Positions 1 to 9,947 of a DNA stretch of 64,000 nucleotides are shown one piece after another. Every line of letters begins with the position of its first letter. Position 1 is the first letter of the stretch. The notes below the pieces were generated by a model. It made no database searches. It was given only the letters and a program-made list of their open reading frames with translations, and was not told the origin of the DNA. A program made the position numbers and the translations under genes. Where the stretch lies: the IMG/VR virus record IMGVR_UViG_3300032285_004054, positions 62,001 through 126,000 of that record. One strand, written 5' to 3'.

Positions 1-120
1 CCGCCGGATATTGCTGAAAGATATCTTGTAGAAGAGTATACAGGTGTTCAGCCTTTAACAGCTGTTCTCGCAGAAGACTTTGGTGGTCAATACGAAGGTG
101 ATCTAATTTTTGTACCTTAG
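1..120 (+). CDS. 3' end of a gene starting before the window
   Basis: Frame 1 is open from base 1 (PPDIAERYLVEEY...DLIFVP) to TAG at 118-120; not in the ORF track. Confidence 0.6.
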   Translation, partial: PPDIAERYLVEEYTGVQPLTAVLAEDFGGQYEGDLIFVP

Positions 121-128
121 TATAAATA
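121..128 (+). promoter_or_regulatory. T4-type late promoter TATAAATA
   Basis: Exact T4 gp55 late consensus, 9 nt before ATG 138. Confidence 0.75.
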
Positions 129-137
129 ATATATAAT

Positions 138-2186
138 ATGCCTGGCGTAAAAATTTCTGATCTTACACCTTCTCCTGATAATAAAATAGACATAGGTGAT
201 GCTATCCCTATGGCAAGATCAGGTACGACATATCAAGTACCTGGTGGTGCGTTTATAAATACTGTAACAAACGCTACTTCACAAGGAACCTCTCTTGTTA
301 AATCTCAAACATACGCTTCAAATACAGGGTATAATACACAAGTTAAAACCTTATCTGCTAACTCACCTATCGTATTAACGGATTCAGGTAATACAATTTC
401 ATATGACTTACCTTACGATAGTTCGTTAACTGTAACAAACGGACAATTAGGTATAAATTTTTCTACAGGTGGTGGTCTAGAGCTAGGAGCAGGAGGTGTT
501 AAGCTTGCAACTCAATCAGCTCCAGCGGCTGTTATAGCTGTCCGTCCTAGTGATACTAGCTCCCCTGCAGGCGCTGCAACAGATGATCAATGGGTAACAA
601 GAGTTAAGGTAACAACCGGTAATGATCAAGACACATTACAGCCGTATTTTAAAACATTTACAGGAGCTGCTAATTACGCGAATAATAATTTTTCAAGTAA
701 TTGTACAATTTATATTGACGAAAATACTATAGAAGGTACCCCGTCTCCTAACGGGCAGTCTCAGCTTGCAGGTAATTTTGGTAATCAATTAACAGGTCAG
801 TTTTTTACCCAAGCCCAAGTTGATGCAGCCTTTGGTGCCGGTAGCGGTCTTTTAGCGGGTATTTACTGTTTTAATAATCAATACAATGTTGCTAATTCAC
901 CTTATAGTGGGTTTCCTTGGGGAACATCTCTCTATACGCAAGGTGCAACAAACGTTTTTGCACGATATTATAGGTCTAGTATTAATCAGTGGAAAACAGA
1001 ACGCTATTATAACGAAGCTCCAAGAAGGATTTCAAGAAGACATTACCATGATACATCTGCTGTATTAACACCTCCAACATATAACGGTACTACCGGGGTT
1101 TGGTCAGGTGGAAATTTAGGTACAAACGCAAATAACTGGTTAAAATTTTTACCTGATAATTATCCTACAGGTAGAGGTGCCTATCAAGGTGTAAGAAGTT
1201 TTAACTTTAACACACCTAACGCTAGTGTATACAATATATGTTTTGAGGTAATAACAAATGGCGCTGATTGTACAGCTATAGAGTTTAACTCACAGGCTGG
1301 TATATCATTCCGTAACTGTACAGTTGCAGTAGGTGGAAGCGGATGCTTTAATTGGGGATTTTTAAATATTGATCAAAAAGCTAGAGTTTACGCGAGTGGT
1401 TCACCTTTAAGAGATCCAGGAAGTACTAACGATAGTTCTCCTGTTATGTCATTTCCTGGATACGGCTTTGTGTTATATGGTATTAATACAGTAACACCTT
1501 CTAATGTTGGTCACGGTGTAAAGCTTGACAACGACGGAGGTAGTGCTTTTTTCTCTAACTGGTCATATGACGCTTTCGTCTACACAACGGGTGGAGGTTC
1601 CGGTCTTCAAGGTAATCTTATATTAGCTGGTAAAATTAACTTACCGTATGGTGTGTTTTCTGTTAGTCGTAGTAACCAATTAACAACCGGCGGTATCGTA
1701 TTACAAGATAACTTAACAATTTCAACAAGCGCACTTGATCAAAGCTCTGCGCTTGGTTACAGTAATAATAAACAAAACATACCTGCTATTATTCTTGATC
1801 AAACTGCCCAGGTTGCGCAAATAAGTGATTACATTTCTAACTGGACATACCACATTAATAAAGGACCGAGTGTTACAAGTTATACCCAGCCTTCGATATT
1901 TTATCCGTGTACACTCTGGTGTTCAACAACTGCTAATAATACTGCACTAAATTCTGCTGTTGTAAATGGAGGAATAGTAACATATAATTCAAACGTAGTA
2001 AACAGCTCGAATATTAGTATACCTACTTACGCGCAGCAGCCTGCTAGAAGTTCGGTTGCAAATTTAGGTACGGCTAGAGGTGGTTCAGCACCATATGCGG
2101 GTAACACATTCTTAAATCTCACAGATTTATACACATTAACATCACCGTATAACAATACAGCTTATACAAAGCCGACATATTACTAA
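138..2186 (+). CDS. Tail fibre/tailspike-like virion protein
   Basis: 682 aa, N-terminal VKISDL fibre-type motif, G/N/S/T-rich beta-helix-like C-half, followed directly by a fibre chaperone gene. Confidence 0.6.
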   Translation: MPGVKISDLTPSPDNKIDIGDAIPMARSGTTYQVPGGAFINTVTNATSQGTSLVKSQTYASNTGYNTQVKTLSANSPIVLTDSGNTISYDLPYDSSLTVTNGQLGINFSTGGGLELGAGGVKLATQSAPAAVIAVRPSDTSSPAGAATDDQWVTRVKVTTGNDQDTLQPYFKTFTGAANYANNNFSSNCTIYIDENTIEGTPSPNGQSQLAGNFGNQLTGQFFTQAQVDAAFGAGSGLLAGIYCFNNQYNVANSPYSGFPWGTSLYTQGATNVFARYYRSSINQWKTERYYNEAPRRISRRHYHDTSAVLTPPTYNGTTGVWSGGNLGTNANNWLKFLPDNYPTGRGAYQGVRSFNFNTPNASVYNICFEVITNGADCTAIEFNSQAGISFRNCTVAVGGSGCFNWGFLNIDQKARVYASGSPLRDPGSTNDSSPVMSFPGYGFVLYGINTVTPSNVGHGVKLDNDGGSAFFSNWSYDAFVYTTGGGSGLQGNLILAGKINLPYGVFSVSRSNQLTTGGIVLQDNLTISTSALDQSSALGYSNNKQNIPAIILDQTAQVAQISDYISNWTYHINKGPSVTSYTQPSIFYPCTLWCSTTANNTALNSAVVNGGIVTYNSNVVNSSNISIPTYAQQPARSSVANLGTARGGSAPYAGNTFLNLTDLYTLTSPYNNTAYTKPTYY

Positions 2187-2187
2187 T

Positions 2188-2412
2188 ATGAACTTAAATT
2201 ATTTTACAAATACAGTAACTGTTGATTCTAAATGGGCTGAAATTAGACAACTACGAGATGATCTTTTGAAGCAAACAGACTGGACACAATTACCTGACGT
2301 ACAGCTAGATGATGCTACTAAAGCAGCTTATACTGCTTATAGACAAGCTTTAAGAGAATTACCTCAAAATAATACTGATCCTTTTAATATTGTATTACCT
2401 AGTAAGCCGTAG
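2188..2412 (+). CDS. Tail fibre assembly chaperone
   Basis: WAEIRQLRDDLLKQTDWTQLPD...YRQALRELPQ signature. Confidence 0.85.
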   Translation: MNLNYFTNTVTVDSKWAEIRQLRDDLLKQTDWTQLPDVQLDDATKAAYTAYRQALRELPQNNTDPFNIVLPSKP

Positions 2413-2438
2413 AATTTAGAATTAAATAATACTAGCAT

Positions 2439-3896
2439 ATGGCTAGTGTTAATTTTATACCTTTTACAGCTCTTCAACCAGTTGAGCTAAAGTACCAGTA
2501 TAACGTTAATGAACCGTTAAACTCTGAAGTTGTGAGTTATGATGACGGTTTAAGTTTTAAGAAACTTAACGGGTTACAAAACTATCAGGACGTCTCTATT
2601 AATAAAGGTTCGTGTTTTGCTTTAACAACAGCTATTAGTCTTAGTACCTTTTTTTCAACGAATCAAAGCATTGATATAAATCAAATACCTGGTACTGTTT
2701 ATCTACAATCTAGTTATAGTCAAAGCTACTATTTAGTGCATGATGGTTCTACTGATACAGTTAAATTATCTGCTACACCTAATTTAGTTTATATAAACCC
2801 TGTACGTGGTACAGGTTATTCGGAAATAGTTATTAACGGTAACTATTTACAGGTTGATGATTATTACCCTTATACAGTAAGAGCAAATAGTATACCTCTT
2901 GTAGGTGATAACGCTTATAGACAACAGTTTTATTGTAATTTTACAAACGGAACCGCAACTATATACAATTATATCGTTACAGGAGAAAAGAGATATCTAT
3001 CAATTAATACAATTGATAACACATTAAGAGCAACAGGAGTGATATTGAATAATAGTGTTGTAAATGATTATATTTTTCTTGTAACAGATCTAACTGTAAA
3101 CCAAATAAGTTACGGACATTTACCTAATAATAAATGGATTACGTATTATATGGATAATGAAAGTGCTGCAGGTAATAAAAGTATTGAAGTTAATAAAACT
3201 ATTAACGATAACGCAATTAACTTTCTTGTCGATTTTCCATACGATACTGCTATTAACACAGGGGTTGCAAATATTAATATAGCTAACTTAAAAACTGATT
3301 ATACACCAGGCGGAGGACCTGCTCCTGTTGATAATTCATATATACCTACTACTGTTACGTCGAATTTTGTTGTACCTGTAACAGCACCTGGAACTACTCA
3401 AATACCTCAATTGATTAATCCTTTTAGAATAACAAGTAGAGAATTTAGTACATCTCCATTCACTATACCTACCCCTACCTCTACATCAGAACTACCTGTA
3501 TCGTTAAGCGCTATAGGACCCGTTTACGTACGCGGTACAACAATACATACGTTAGGGGTTGGTACAGTTACAATAATCGCAACACAAGATGGTAATCTTG
3601 ACTTTTATCCTGCTGCACCATACTCTACTTCATTCGATATCTTACAGGCTAGCCAGGCTATAGCACCTTTTAGTGTAGATGATCAACTGTATACTGTAAT
3701 ACCGTTTAACATTACAATACCGGTAGCTACTTCTAATTTACCTGTCGTCGTTACTGTACAATCAGGCCCGGCGACCATTAGTGGTAATACTATTACTATG
3801 ACAGGTACAGGTAGAGTTGTACTAGCAGCTAATCAAGCAGGTAGTGCTTTATACACAGCTGCACCAACAGTAACAACTAGCTTTAATATTGCTTAA
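2439..3896 (+). CDS. Virion structural protein with two C-terminal Ig-like repeats
   Basis: Two ~78 aa repeats (PF.I..P..TS.LPV...GP....G.TI...G.G.V...A.Q.G...Y.AAP..TSF.I) at ~3406-3893; TAAATA at 2423-2428. Confidence 0.6.
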   Translation: MASVNFIPFTALQPVELKYQYNVNEPLNSEVVSYDDGLSFKKLNGLQNYQDVSINKGSCFALTTAISLSTFFSTNQSIDINQIPGTVYLQSSYSQSYYLVHDGSTDTVKLSATPNLVYINPVRGTGYSEIVINGNYLQVDDYYPYTVRANSIPLVGDNAYRQQFYCNFTNGTATIYNYIVTGEKRYLSINTIDNTLRATGVILNNSVVNDYIFLVTDLTVNQISYGHLPNNKWITYYMDNESAAGNKSIEVNKTINDNAINFLVDFPYDTAINTGVANINIANLKTDYTPGGGPAPVDNSYIPTTVTSNFVVPVTAPGTTQIPQLINPFRITSREFSTSPFTIPTPTSTSELPVSLSAIGPVYVRGTTIHTLGVGTVTIIATQDGNLDFYPAAPYSTSFDILQASQAIAPFSVDDQLYTVIPFNITIPVATSNLPVVVTVQSGPATISGNTITMTGTGRVVLAANQAGSALYTAAPTVTTSFNIA

Positions 3897-3911
3897 AATT
3901 AAATAACAACA

Positions 3912-6386
3912 ATGGATAATCTTCAACAGCGTAACTACTACAGAATTTTTTCTGGTACAAATCAAGCCGATGGTTATGAGAATATCCATTTAGGATATAG
4001 TGCTAGTACTACTGAAATAACTTTTACGAGAGATCAATACACATATTTTCACGTACCGTTTTTTACTACAGTTGCAAAATTATCTGAAAGTACTTTATTT
4101 GCAGATGGTGCTGAACCGGGTGTTATTCCTGCAGCATCCGACCGTATTCTTAAAAAGCAAGGCAATTATGGTCAACATACCAATTGGGGGTACAATACAG
4201 GTATTCAAGACGGCACATGGTTATGTAGCTGGTTATGTTCACTAACCGGTGAGACACCTCGTTGGTTAGATCGTTATTATAATCCGGGTAGATTAGCGTA
4301 CGACGAAGCTTTAAACGGTATTACGTCTATTATGGATTCTCTTTCGTATATTAACTCTAACCCAGCGTTTGTTGATATACCTTCTCAAATGACACTTGAA
4401 CCTGGTGTACTATATCAGTACTACCACATGGGTGAAAATACCTCTAGTTTTATTGTTGATACGTTAGCAGGAGATAATAAAGATAAATTAAGACTACAAG
4501 TAGATACGTTTACATCTACGATTTTAGATAAATCTATTTATAATAATGTAGGTTATATTGATAACTATAACCCTGATTGGCAAGGTTATAACACAGATAC
4601 TAACTACGTGTCAGGTGTGTATCTTGATTTTGAAAACCAAGATCTTATTAACGCTAGAATATTGTATAGTGATAACTATAACTTAACTGGTAATTTTACA
4701 TTTAACTTTTTTGTTAAACATAATGATTGGGCTAATGCACAAAGTAGTCAATTAGTTGGTAACTATTATGAAAGCGGTTTTGGTATATTTTATAATAACC
4801 TACACAACTACCCCTATTTTGTAATACCTGAAAATACATACGGTCATATATTATATTTTAATAACGAAGCATATTCATTTCTTGATCAACCTATTGCATC
4901 AAATCCTTTACTTACAGCGAGTCCTATTCAGATATCACTAAACGGTGAAAGAGAAATACTTGTACTTGACGGTTCTGTCGATAACAATAAAGGTAAATAT
5001 TTTGCTAAGTTTAATTCGTATGGTGATATTATTAGTTTTCCTCATGATGATCAAAACGCCTATGTACCGTTAAGTGGTATACCGAAACATTTTGCTGTAG
5101 ATAGAGATAATAATATCTTTATGTATACAACTCAAGGGCAGTATGTATTCGATAAGGATCTCACTTTTGTTAGTTTTATAACTGGTAATGCATACGTTGC
5201 ACATCAAAAGCTCTGTTTGAATAATGAAGGTATCATACATCGGGAGTATAACTGTCTTGACGTATTATACGATAATAGCGGTCAAAAGTGGGTTATACAG
5301 TTAGACGGAACTTTACGCGTTAACGGTGTTTATTATTCTGTATTACCTACTTCAGCTACTAAATTAGCTGTAGATCCTGATAGTAATATCTGGGTACTAA
5401 ACGGTACTAATCAGGTAGTAGTTGTTGACCCTGTTACCTATAATACTATTAATACATTTGCTGTTGGTAGTTCACATATAGATGGATCTACGGAGAGAAA
5501 CGTAAGCTTTATACGTAACTATGATCGTTCTAAAAATGCATTTACTTGGTATTCATTAATATATCAAAATTTTGATAAAATATTATTTGTAACTACTCTA
5601 AAAGGTAATATTGTTCGAACTATATTTTTAAATGATAGTGTTGATATAGTACCTAATAGTCCTAACCCTATTGATGTTAATCGGTTAAGTTACACCGGTG
5701 AAGGTGACTTCACAGGGTATGAATGGAGCCGTATATGTAACCCTGTTGTGTACGACAACAATCCTCAAATACAGTTTAAAATAGCTACGGCTGATATCAC
5801 ACCTGAAACACCTTATAAGAGTTTTTATAAGTGGTATACGTTATCTATACCTGTACAATACTTTATTGATAACTCTTGGTATTTAATAACAGGTATATAT
5901 AATAATCATACATTATCATTATATGTAGATAAAACATTAAGAGATATCCTCCATATACCTTATAATGTTGATATAACGTATAAACGTGAAAACGATATAT
6001 ACATCGGTTGTCCTAACGGTAAAGCTACAAACATTAATAAAGAAATTAATTCAACTGCAATTATCTTTAACGGTCAGATTAGTAATATAAAAATATACGA
6101 TTACGCTTTACCTAGTGAGTTTATTCAGTATTTCTTACGTTCAAAAGTTGTAGGTCAAAATCTAACATGGGATATAAATACAGCTAATTTACAATACGTT
6201 GAAAAGATTGATCGATTCTTTAAGCATAAAATGCCCGGTAGTAAGAGTAATTACTTTAATTTAAAAATAACCGGTACCCAGATTCAAGATCCTAACACAC
6301 GTGCTATTATTGAGAATTATATAAGATCAGTAGCAAAACAAACAAAACCCGGTCATACTGAACTTCTTTCTATTGAATGGGTATAA
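3912..6386 (+). CDS. Virion protein, LamG/concanavalin-like domain with inserted beta-propeller
   Basis: NFTFNFFVK...WYLITGIYNNHTLSLYVD...FNGQISNIKIYDYAL LamG motifs flank FAVDRDNNIF/LAVDPDSNIWV propeller blades; TAAATA at 3900-3905. Confidence 0.6.
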   Translation: MDNLQQRNYYRIFSGTNQADGYENIHLGYSASTTEITFTRDQYTYFHVPFFTTVAKLSESTLFADGAEPGVIPAASDRILKKQGNYGQHTNWGYNTGIQDGTWLCSWLCSLTGETPRWLDRYYNPGRLAYDEALNGITSIMDSLSYINSNPAFVDIPSQMTLEPGVLYQYYHMGENTSSFIVDTLAGDNKDKLRLQVDTFTSTILDKSIYNNVGYIDNYNPDWQGYNTDTNYVSGVYLDFENQDLINARILYSDNYNLTGNFTFNFFVKHNDWANAQSSQLVGNYYESGFGIFYNNLHNYPYFVIPENTYGHILYFNNEAYSFLDQPIASNPLLTASPIQISLNGEREILVLDGSVDNNKGKYFAKFNSYGDIISFPHDDQNAYVPLSGIPKHFAVDRDNNIFMYTTQGQYVFDKDLTFVSFITGNAYVAHQKLCLNNEGIIHREYNCLDVLYDNSGQKWVIQLDGTLRVNGVYYSVLPTSATKLAVDPDSNIWVLNGTNQVVVVDPVTYNTINTFAVGSSHIDGSTERNVSFIRNYDRSKNAFTWYSLIYQNFDKILFVTTLKGNIVRTIFLNDSVDIVPNSPNPIDVNRLSYTGEGDFTGYEWSRICNPVVYDNNPQIQFKIATADITPETPYKSFYKWYTLSIPVQYFIDNSWYLITGIYNNHTLSLYVDKTLRDILHIPYNVDITYKRENDIYIGCPNGKATNINKEINSTAIIFNGQISNIKIYDYALPSEFIQYFLRSKVVGQNLTWDINTANLQYVEKIDRFFKHKMPGSKSNYFNLKITGTQIQDPNTRAIIENYIRSVAKQTKPGHTELLSIEWV

Positions 6387-6410
6387 TTTTAGTTTAAATA
6401 ATTACTAAGA

Positions 6411-9400
6411 ATGTCTATAGCATTAAGCAGTGTATTAGTTTCAGCGATTGCATTTAACAATGAACCGTTTGTACGTTCATTAACGGCTGCACTTGTTTGG
6501 AATCCGATTGTAGGTAGCCCTGATGTATTTTTACCTTTTAAGGCAACTAATATAACTAATGTATATACAGGTCAGTGGGCTATTGATATAACAACAGCGC
6601 CTGGTGCTCTTTCAGCTTATGTAGGGGCAAACCGTACACCTTATACATTCGATCAACAGCTATCTATTGATAGTATTACACCTATTGTCGTAGAGTTTTC
6701 TACTGATACATATGACCCTACGTACGTACCTCTTGAAGGCCCTAATGAAGATACTATACCTACCCGTACATTATACAATCTATCGCTAACAGGTGTTTGC
6801 GGTAATTGGTACTTAGGAGGTTCGAGTTCTTCTATAACCGTTACGTATGACAATTTTCCAGGATTAAATGCTGATTTTTTAGTAAATTACGAAAGTACAA
6901 CCCGTAATACTAGTTTCTATCGGTTAGTAAGTACAACACCATTTCCTATCACAGTAAATTTAAGTTCAGGTTATTTTCCTTTAAAAACAAAACTAAAAGA
7001 TTGGTATTTCACAACAGACATTGTTTTAAATAGATCTCATCTTAAATATAACTCAATAGCTGAATTTAATCTCGCTTATCCTAATTTTAACTGTAGTACT
7101 CCTACTGTTTGTTCGTTACAAGTATTTGTATCTGCTGTATCCTGTGTAGGTGCTTTAACAGGCTTTTTTACGCCGCATATTATAAACCTTCAGAGGATGG
7201 ATGCGCATTTCATAAATGCGTTTCCTGTTGCTGATTTCGCTGCATACCCGACATATCATTTTAAAAATAGTGTAAGTTATGAAGTACTTGATGCAACAAA
7301 TTACACTAACAGCCCTGGTGTATGTTTTTACGGTGAAGGTCATACAGAAGTTATAAACTTATCTGCTCGTTATGTCGATAGTATGACTAACTACATCTGG
7401 AGTGTAGGTAATAACAATACTGGTATATTCAACGTAGCAGGTAATTTACAAAGTAATACTAATAGTGTATCTATTACTTCAGCGTTATACAACTACCCTG
7501 TTATACCTATAACACTACAAGTATGTAACACTACAATACCGTCATCGGCTCCTATTATTGGGTATAACGATTATAACGGTACGCCTTTTTATTACCCGTA
7601 TTATATAACTACTGTTGATTTTAGCGGTAACCTATTACCTACTAATACAACATTTAGAAATAGTATTAGTGTAGTACCGTACGATGCGACTATAACAATA
7701 TTTAATCCTGGTATAACATCGCAAAATGTCTTCTTAAGCCCTGATGGTAGTATATCGTATTTTACTGCTACATTTACAGCAGGGCTATGTGGCGAGATAA
7801 CTACTGACCCTTGTTATGACAAGTATGGTTTAGTATGGAAGTGGGGTAATTTTACAAACTGTGATACTAATTATTCTTCATTTGTAAATCATCCTTCTTC
7901 TTGGAGAACAACAATGAGATCGGGAGCGTTCCCTAAGAAGTGGAGAAAAGAAGGCGCAGTTCTTGTTGATGGCAGTCAAAATTCATCTCCTATTCAGTGT
8001 TTAGGTGATACGAATTTCTGGACGCTTTCAACATCCGTATGGCCGGGCGTGGTTTATGGTGTAACGGATGTTTATAAATACAACCTTAGAGTCGATAGAA
8101 ATCTACCTCAGGCTTACTACACAGTTCCTCCAGGAACCGTAACCCATGCTAATTTAACCGTAACTAAAAGTGTAACATGTAACGTTAACAATTTAGGTAC
8201 ATTTACAAACGATTGGCAAAATAAAACAACCTTATTACAAGCTACAACATCTTTTAATATTTACGGTACACCGTTAATAAGAATCTACACTCCTAATAGG
8301 TATGTTAAATTAGGTGAAAGTATATTCTTTCAGAACTTAATAGAAGGTGCTAATTTCCTTACTCAATTAACTATTGATTTTGGAGATTCAGATATACCTA
8401 CAACAATTTATACCGGTAAGAATGTTGTTAATAACTTCACTGTGCAGTATAAATCTACAGGACCTAAAACAATTACTGTTACAGGTACTATTGATTACGG
8501 TTATGGTGTTATAGGTTCTGTAACTCAAACATTTACAAATATAGTAACTATAGTTAATGAGTACGATCAAATTGATGAATCTAAATTCATAACACAAGAC
8601 TCTGCTCTTACTATACCATACCCTGATGAACCATTAATAGCTCCAAACGATAATGTTGTAGCGGATAATATTAATAGTATACTAACTAAAATATACGACA
8701 ATTTATTGTACTTAGAAGGTAGAGGTTACGTATACCCTAACACTACAGCAGAATCATTTGGTTGGTTAGGTACTGCATTATATACAACAGCAGCTCCTGC
8801 AACAGGTCTTACCTGGCAGTCTCAAGATTGTACAACTAATCCTTTTGGACTAACATGGACAGAACTATCGTGTGCAACAAATAATGTTCCTATTGTTGTA
8901 GCTCCTAAACCGGTTCAAGCACCGGTAGTTGAAACTGTTACACACGTAAATGTTTTTGCAAAGCCGGTATATATAATTGATGTAAAACAAGACACTTACA
9001 ACTTCAGTCTCATGAATGAGCTTATTCTGAGAGACTGGGATCAGGTGATCGCTATTGATGTAATAGTAAATGTGTGGCCGGGTGTAACTGTTGCGAGTCA
9101 GGACACATCAAGCCCTGCTATGAACCTTCAACCTTTACCTTCAATATCCACTCTTACCTTAAACAATAGCGGCACGATTGTTGGAGCGCAAGGAGCCTCT
9201 TCTACTACAACATACGCTAACAGTACAACATGGAAGGTACTTAAAAATGTAGGTAGTATTTCTGTAACGCTTGTTGGAGCTGGCGGTGCTGGTGGTTCTG
9301 CTGAAGAAGTGGATGCTGGTGGTGCTGGTGGCGGTGGTGGTGGCGGTGGTACATCATCAGGTACTATTGAGGTTACACCAGGTGAAACAGTAACTATTAC

Positions 9401-9932
9401 GGTAGGATCTGGTGGTACATGCCTTGGAGGAAAAAGAGGTTCTGTAAATAATGGCGGTTCAGGTGGTTCTACATATGTAAAATACGGTACCACAACATTA
9501 GTCGCCGGAGGCGGTGGCGGCGGTGGTGGTGGTAGTGATTATTCTGGAGGACGCGGTGGCGGTGGTGGATCTGGTAACGTTACTAAAGGTGCTGATGGTT
9601 CCCCTGGTGGTGCAGGTACAGGTGACCATTCAAGTAGTACAGGTGGTCGTGGTGGTGGTAATGGCGGTCAAGGCGCTTCGGCTTTTGATAGAACCGGACC
9701 GTTATATTGGTCTGGTGCTAGTGGTGGTAACGGTTCGGTAACACTCAGCTATTACTACAACGGTGGTACCGCAATACTACTTGACGAAAATACTACAATT
9801 AACAATAAAAATGGTTCTATTAAAGGTGGTGCTGCTGGAGGAGGTGCAAGTCAGGTCGGTAGTGCTATTGTAGGTATTAGTCATGTTCTAAATTCACCAT
9901 TAGCAGGTACTGTAACTGGAGGTACCTCATAA
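6411..9932 (+). CDS. Large virion protein with PKD-like domain and C-terminal glycine-rich adhesin region
   Basis: 1173 aa; IDFGD...YKSTGPKTITVT PKD-like segment; polyglycine tract ~9270-9860; TAAATA at 6395-6400. Confidence 0.6.
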   Translation: MSIALSSVLVSAIAFNNEPFVRSLTAALVWNPIVGSPDVFLPFKATNITNVYTGQWAIDITTAPGALSAYVGANRTPYTFDQQLSIDSITPIVVEFSTDTYDPTYVPLEGPNEDTIPTRTLYNLSLTGVCGNWYLGGSSSSITVTYDNFPGLNADFLVNYESTTRNTSFYRLVSTTPFPITVNLSSGYFPLKTKLKDWYFTTDIVLNRSHLKYNSIAEFNLAYPNFNCSTPTVCSLQVFVSAVSCVGALTGFFTPHIINLQRMDAHFINAFPVADFAAYPTYHFKNSVSYEVLDATNYTNSPGVCFYGEGHTEVINLSARYVDSMTNYIWSVGNNNTGIFNVAGNLQSNTNSVSITSALYNYPVIPITLQVCNTTIPSSAPIIGYNDYNGTPFYYPYYITTVDFSGNLLPTNTTFRNSISVVPYDATITIFNPGITSQNVFLSPDGSISYFTATFTAGLCGEITTDPCYDKYGLVWKWGNFTNCDTNYSSFVNHPSSWRTTMRSGAFPKKWRKEGAVLVDGSQNSSPIQCLGDTNFWTLSTSVWPGVVYGVTDVYKYNLRVDRNLPQAYYTVPPGTVTHANLTVTKSVTCNVNNLGTFTNDWQNKTTLLQATTSFNIYGTPLIRIYTPNRYVKLGESIFFQNLIEGANFLTQLTIDFGDSDIPTTIYTGKNVVNNFTVQYKSTGPKTITVTGTIDYGYGVIGSVTQTFTNIVTIVNEYDQIDESKFITQDSALTIPYPDEPLIAPNDNVVADNINSILTKIYDNLLYLEGRGYVYPNTTAESFGWLGTALYTTAAPATGLTWQSQDCTTNPFGLTWTELSCATNNVPIVVAPKPVQAPVVETVTHVNVFAKPVYIIDVKQDTYNFSLMNELILRDWDQVIAIDVIVNVWPGVTVASQDTSSPAMNLQPLPSISTLTLNNSGTIVGAQGASSTTTYANSTTWKVLKNVGSISVTLVGAGGAGGSAEEVDAGGAGGGGGGGGTSSGTIEVTPGETVTITVGSGGTCLGGKRGSVNNGGSGGSTYVKYGTTTLVAGGGGGGGGGSDYSGGRGGGGGSGNVTKGADGSPGGAGTGDHSSSTGGRGGGNGGQGASAFDRTGPLYWSGASGGNGSVTLSYYYNGGTAILLDENTTINNKNGSIKGGAAGGGASQVGSAIVGISHVLNSPLAGTVTGGTS

Positions 9933-9947
9933 ATATTTTTTAACAAT

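Noticed and set aside
9128-9741. Track ORFs 9128..9493(-) and 9514..9741(+)
   Set aside because: Shadow frames of the GGT-rich polyglycine region (poly-Pro and poly-Val artefacts)
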